A stretch of DNA of 10,063 nt from an uncultured Nitrospiraceae bacterium (GTDB lineage Bacteria > Hydrogenedentota > Hydrogenedentia > Hydrogenedentales > SLHB01). The stretch covers positions 1 to 10,063 of the forward strand of contig CAZPMT010000171.1 in the NCBI GenBank assembly GCA_964587655.1, written 5' to 3'. A program made the position numbers and the translations under genes. The stretch's first letter is position 1. Each line of letters begins with the position of its first letter. The notes under the pieces were generated by a model. That model worked only from the letters and a program-made list of their open reading frames with translations, ran no database searches and had not been told where the DNA came from. This document shows, one piece after another, positions 7,081-10,063 of the stretch.

Positions 7081-7668
7081 CTATTCCGGAACCGGCCCGA
7101 CCTCGAGCGTGTCGGGTCCGGCGATGCCAACCACAAGCACGGGCGCACCTGTCTCGAGTAACTCATGGTGCTGGGTGATCGCCCGGTATTCCATCGTTCG
7201 ACTCTGCACGTTCACGGTGACCTTCCCGGCGCCTTGGCCCGCAGGCGGAATGCTGAGATAGACTGTGGCCTGGGCGCCCACGGCGCGTTCAATCCGGACG
7301 TTGCCTTCGGCTTGGAGCTTGCTCAGAAGACTCATCAGCCAGCCAACCACGATCATGGCCACGAAGCCCGCAGCCAAGCCGATCGGGAACGACATGCCAG
7401 AGAACGCCGGACTGGCCCCCGCCGCGAGGCCGGCGAGGCCGAAGAAGGTCAATGCGGCGCAGACCGATCGGAAGCTCAGAACATTGAAGTACCACGTGGC
7501 GCCGTGGTCTTGGGAATGACTATCCCCGGCTTGATGGCCAGGGCCGAAATCGACGTGATGACCCCCGGCCACGTCATGATCGCCGCCGATGCCGGCGATC
7601 GTCAGGACGAATTGGCAAATAAGTATGATCCCCCCGAGTACCGCGCAAACCAGAAATACGATTTCCAT
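7081..7668 (-). CDS. NfeD/YqiJ-like membrane protein: three TM segments, a His/Asp-rich loop and a C-terminal OB-fold beta domain. It is the usual operon partner of SPFH/flotillin proteins.
   Basis: TM1 is MEIVFLVCAVLGGIILICQFVLTIAGIGG. It is followed by the loop GGDHDVAGGHHVDFGPGHQAGDSHSQDHG, two further hydrophobic segments, and the C-terminal GAGKVTVNVQSRTMEYRAITQHHELLETGAPVLVVGIAGPDTLEV, which is typical of NfeD short-form OB domains. I prefer the ATG at 7668, which has GGGAGG 9 nt upstream, over the one at 7704. The stop is the TAG at 7081..7083. Confidence 0.7.
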   Translation of the reverse strand: MEIVFLVCAVLGGIILICQFVLTIAGIGGDHDVAGGHHVDFGPGHQAGDSHSQDHGATWYFNVLSFRSVCAALTFFGLAGLAAGASPAFSGMSFPIGLAAGFVAMIVVGWLMSLLSKLQAEGNVRIERAVGAQATVYLSIPPAGQGAGKVTVNVQSRTMEYRAITQHHELLETGAPVLVVGIAGPDTLEVGPVPE

Positions 7669-7780
7669 ATCCGCCTGCCTCCCGGTTACGGGGCCGCGGC
7701 GCAACGCCTTCGTCCCCGTACCCCGCTACAATGGAATTCTGAACCTCTTGATCCACGAATTCAAACGCATCGAATACGGT

Positions 7781-8776
7781 TCAACGACTCACGGGCACGG
7801 CCGCGCTTCCCTGTTTGTGAGAAAGATAGGCCGCTTCCATCAGCGCCGTGAGCTGCGTGCCTTCCTCCAGGCCGAACGGGATCGGCATCCCTTCAAGAAT
7901 GCCGCTCACCCAGATGCGGATCGGACGGGGAAGCGCCTGCGGGAGATCCGCCGGACGCACCCAGCCGCGAACCGCTCCATCGGTCTTCTCTGAAGAGATG
8001 CGCACTTGATCTTCCGGTCCGCCGATGAAAAGGCTGCCGGCCGTACCGTGCAGTTCGAGACAGTCGGGACTACTTGACGCCACGAAACTCGTTTCGGCGA
8101 CACCGATGCATTTGTTTTCGAATTCGATGACCGACACGGCGTTGTCCTCGACCGCGTGTTCCGTGAAGTAGTTGAAGGTCGAGGAAACCTTCAATGGTTT
8201 CCCGCCGAGCCACCGTGCGAGGTACATGGGATGCGCGCCCAGGTCCATCATGGCCCCGCCGCCGCATTGGATCGGGTCGTAGAAGTGCGGCGGAAGCCAG
8301 CCCCCGCTCGCCCCGTTGTGGGCGACGCGCACGCGCAGAAAGGTCACGTCGCCTATCAGCTTCTCGTCGGCCACGCGCTTCGCGAAGAGATGTTTGGAAA
8401 CCGTTCGCGCGGGAAAGGAGATGCAGAACTTCACGCCGGAGTTGCGGACCGCCTCCGCGATCTCGTCGCATTCGCGCACGGTGAGCGCCATGACCTTTTC
8501 CGTGAAGATGTGCTTCTTCGCTTTCGCAGCGGCGACCATGACCTCCGCATGCCGGTCGGTCGGCGCGTCGACGACGACCGCGTCAACGTCGCCGCGCCGG
8601 ACAAAGGTGAGGAGATCCGGTTCGAAGGGCACATTCAACTCCGCGGCCCATTGCTTTCCACGTTCCGGGAGTTCGTCCCATACCGCCGTGATGCCGACAT
8701 CCGGCATTTTCCTCAGCTCTTCAGCATACCCGCGGGCATGGACATGCCAACCGCTCAACATTCCCACGCGTAACAT
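7781..8776 (-). CDS. Gfo/Idh/MocA-family NAD(P)-dependent oxidoreductase (sugar dehydrogenase-like), cytoplasmic
   Basis: An N-terminal Rossmann motif (MLRVGMLSGWHVHARGYAEEL) is followed by DAVVVDAPTDRHAEV...AKKHIFTEKVMA, the characteristic family layout, and a C-terminal alpha/beta dimerisation region. I prefer the ATG at 8776, with GGAAGGGA upstream, over the one at 8818. The stop is the TGA at 7781..7783. Confidence 0.8.
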   Translation of the reverse strand: MLRVGMLSGWHVHARGYAEELRKMPDVGITAVWDELPERGKQWAAELNVPFEPDLLTFVRRGDVDAVVVDAPTDRHAEVMVAAAKAKKHIFTEKVMALTVRECDEIAEAVRNSGVKFCISFPARTVSKHLFAKRVADEKLIGDVTFLRVRVAHNGASGGWLPPHFYDPIQCGGGAMMDLGAHPMYLARWLGGKPLKVSSTFNYFTEHAVEDNAVSVIEFENKCIGVAETSFVASSSPDCLELHGTAGSLFIGGPEDQVRISSEKTDGAVRGWVRPADLPQALPRPIRIWVSGILEGMPIPFGLEEGTQLTALMEAAYLSHKQGSAAVPVSR

Positions 8777-8814
8777 AATCTCGTTTTCCCTTCCAGTGGG
8801 TCTTAAGCGCCGCC

Positions 8815-8853
8815 ACATCGTTTAGTGAATTATGTGCCAGGACATCGTTTAGT
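8815..8853. promoter_or_regulatory. Two copies of the 12-bp direct repeat acatcgtttagt, at 8815..8826 and 8842..8853 (27-bp centre to centre). This is a candidate operator for a direct-repeat-binding regulator.
   Basis: The repeat is exact and was read directly. One copy lies in the spacer and one just downstream of the -10 of the candidate minus-strand promoter for the oxidoreductase gene. A perfect 10-bp palindrome gcaagcttgc (8855..8864) abuts the second copy. Confidence 0.45.
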
Positions 8854-8858
8854 CGCAA
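8829..8858 (-). promoter_or_regulatory. Candidate sigma70-like promoter for the Gfo/Idh/MocA gene, read on the minus strand: -35 TTGCGA (8858..8853), an 18-nt spacer, and -10 CATAAT (8834..8829)
   Basis: Hexamers were read by eye 53..82 nt upstream of the ATG at 8776. Confidence 0.3.
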
Positions 8859-9005
8859 GCTTGCTGAAGCGCGAAATCAATGAACACGCGCTTTTCCAAA
8901 CACAGGGTAAGCATATGGACGAACGAGAAGGATGGCACAGTGAAGGCCGCCTTTCCTCCCTCAAAGTCCGCCTTCAGATACTGGTAGCCGCGAATCCCGG
9001 AGCCG

Positions 9006-9014
9006 TGGTATAAC
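9006..9014 (+). promoter_or_regulatory. Candidate extended -10 promoter element TGgTATAAC for the ankyrin-repeat gene
   Basis: The TG dinucleotide sits one base upstream of TATAAC (5/6 match to TATAAT), ~57 nt upstream of the ATG at 9071. No good -35 is present, which is consistent with an extended -10 promoter. Confidence 0.3.
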
Positions 9015-9070
9015 AAGCTCGTGGACATGCTCGAACTCGAAGGTACGGTAAGACCGGATTAGCCGGAGAT

Positions 9071-9901
9071 ATGACTCGGATGTCTGACAAATCGGTTCCC
9101 GTGCGGGCCGTCTTGCGTTGCGGCGCGATCTTTTCCGCATGTCTTATGTGGGTCGCGCTTGCGGGTTGCGGCGAGTCGCCGAATATTGATCGCGACCTCC
9201 AGGGCGCCATGCCGGTCCACCATCTCGCGAAGTCGGGAGATCTGCCCGCGGTCCAGAAGTTGTTCGAAGAAGGCGGGACCCCGAACGTGGCCGACCTCGA
9301 TGGCGTGACGCCGCTTCATCGTGCGGCGCGCGACGGAGACATCCCGATGGCTCAATTGCTTCTGGACCATCACGCGGATGCGAACATGATCACGAAGGAC
9401 GGCTGGGACGCGGTGCACTTGGCGGCTTGGCGCGACCATGCGGAGATGGTGAAGCTGTTGCTTCGGTACGGCGCGAAAGGCAACCGGAAAACGCCGCAAG
9501 GGTGGACGACGATCCATATGGCCGCCATAAAGGGGAATCTCGAGATCCTGGAAGCGAGTCTCTTGGATTGGCCCAGCTATGGAAGCAACGGCAAGCCGTC
9601 GATCAACGAGCCCGACAACGACGGCAACCCGCCGCTGATGCTCGCGCTCAAGAATCAACATGAGAACTTCGTGGAGTCGCTGATCCTGAAGGGGGCCGAC
9701 GTGAACGCGACCGACGCCGAGGGCTTCGCGCCGCTGCATCTGGCGGTAAAGTTCGGATCTAAGAATCTCGTCTCGATGCTGGCGTTCCAGCGCGCGAACG
9801 TGAACTTCCCCAATCCCGAGGGGAAGACGCCGTATGCGTTGGCGGTCGAAGCCGGGAACGCGGAAGCAGCCAAGTTTCTATGGGAACACGGCGGACGGTA
9901 A
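9071..9901 (+). CDS. Ankyrin-repeat lipoprotein: a lipoprotein signal peptide with a lipobox LAGC, then ~6 tandem ANK repeats
   Basis: The N-terminus reads MTRMSDKSVPVRAVLRCGAIFSACLMWVALAGCGES. Repeats follow with the ANK consensus, for example DGVTPLHRAARDGDIPMAQLLLDHHADAN, DGWDAVHLAAWRDHAEMVKLLLRYGAKGN, QGWTTIHMAAIKGNLEILEA, DGNPPLMLALKNQHENFVESLILKGADVN and EGFAPLHLAVKFGSKNLVSMLAFQRANVN. The ATG at 9080 is an alternative start. The stop is the TAA at 9899..9901. Confidence 0.8.
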   Translation: MTRMSDKSVPVRAVLRCGAIFSACLMWVALAGCGESPNIDRDLQGAMPVHHLAKSGDLPAVQKLFEEGGTPNVADLDGVTPLHRAARDGDIPMAQLLLDHHADANMITKDGWDAVHLAAWRDHAEMVKLLLRYGAKGNRKTPQGWTTIHMAAIKGNLEILEASLLDWPSYGSNGKPSINEPDNDGNPPLMLALKNQHENFVESLILKGADVNATDAEGFAPLHLAVKFGSKNLVSMLAFQRANVNFPNPEGKTPYALAVEAGNAEAAKFLWEHGGR

Positions 9902-9904
9902 CCG

Positions 9905-10063
9905 CTACAGGTTAAGGGCGTTGACAAGTTCGGCCCAGGCGCGGCTCGCTGGATACTCTCCGGGATAGTTCACGAACTCGGCATGGCCGTCCATGAAGAT
10001 GACGTTCGCGCCCTCGGTGACATTGTTGAAGCCGATGGGATTCGTGTCGACGCGGTCGAACAT
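9905..10063 (-). CDS. 3-prime end of a gene running off the window (partial). It encodes a DUF1559/H-X9-DG-type C-terminus, as seen in Planctomycetota prepilin-like proteins.
   Basis: The minus-strand translation is MFDRVDTNPIGFNNVTEGANVIFMDGHAEFVNYPGEYPASRAWAELVNALNL*. The core NV-I/L-F-x-DG-x-x-x-F resembles the conserved C-terminal block of DUF1559 proteins. GC3 is ~80%, consistent with coding. This ORF was too short for the supplied ORF track. The stop lies at 9905..9907, 3 bp from the ankyrin stop. Confidence 0.5.
   Translation of the reverse strand: MFDRVDTNPIGFNNVTEGANVIFMDGHAEFVNYPGEYPASRAWAELVNALNL

Noticed and set aside
7734-7762. Two EcoRI sites (GAATTC) 23 bp apart, giving the impression of a dyad in the nfeD upstream region
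   Set aside because: Beyond the self-palindromic hexamers the flanks do not align, with weak 2 to 3 further matches, so this is probably not an operator.
7165-7851. 228-aa plus-strand ORF, with 7265..7519, 7289..7495, 7574..7756 and 7589..7993
   Set aside because: They are antisense or out of frame relative to the NfeD-like and oxidoreductase genes, and their products are low-complexity.
8825-9013. 62-aa plus-strand ORF in the divergent intergenic region
   Set aside because: It starts with GTG and has no SD. Its codon usage is AT3-rich, and it overlaps the direct-repeat/promoter region. It is more likely regulatory DNA than a gene.
9059-9739. 226-aa minus-strand ORF, with 9427..9663 (+) and 9655..9927 (-)
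   Set aside because: All overlap the ankyrin-repeat gene, which has unmistakable repeat structure. Their products are R/H-rich antisense translations.
1-10063. Search for CRISPR arrays, tRNA/rRNA genes and transposase genes
   Set aside because: No regularly spaced repeats, no tRNA-like T-loop/acceptor structures and no transposase or integrase-like ORFs were seen. The only mobile-element-like candidate is the 110-bp IR unit, reported above.

Overview
High-GC (~62%) bacterial chromosome fragment, probably Planctomycetota-like. The hint is an ankyrin-repeat lipoprotein plus a DUF1559/H-X9-DG-type C-terminal fragment. Six co-directional minus-strand genes fill 243..8776. In order of transcription they are: a Gfo/Idh/MocA oxidoreductase; an NfeD/YqiJ-like membrane protein; an HGSNAT-like (DUF1624/DUF5009) transmembrane acyltransferase with an N-terminal zinc ribbon; a YqiK-type flotillin (SPFH); a large secreted protein with a GH2-N-type galactose-binding domain; and a secreted SGNH/GDSL esterase. 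A plus-strand ankyrin-repeat lipoprotein and a convergent partial DUF1559-like gene close the window. The most striking non-genic element is a perfect 37-bp inverted repeat with a 36-nt spacer (3580..3689) in the flotillin/glycosidase intergenic region. It produces mirrored shadow ORFs on both strands and makes the glycosidase start ambiguous. Its loop is perfectly complementary over 10 nt to the Shine-Dalgarno region of the most plausible glycosidase start. Other points are direct repeats over the oxidoreductase promoter, an AT-rich ~240-bp discontinuity at the left edge, and the unusual insertion of an acyltransferase gene between the NfeD and flotillin partners. All calls come from reading the sequence and ORF translations; no database search was possible.
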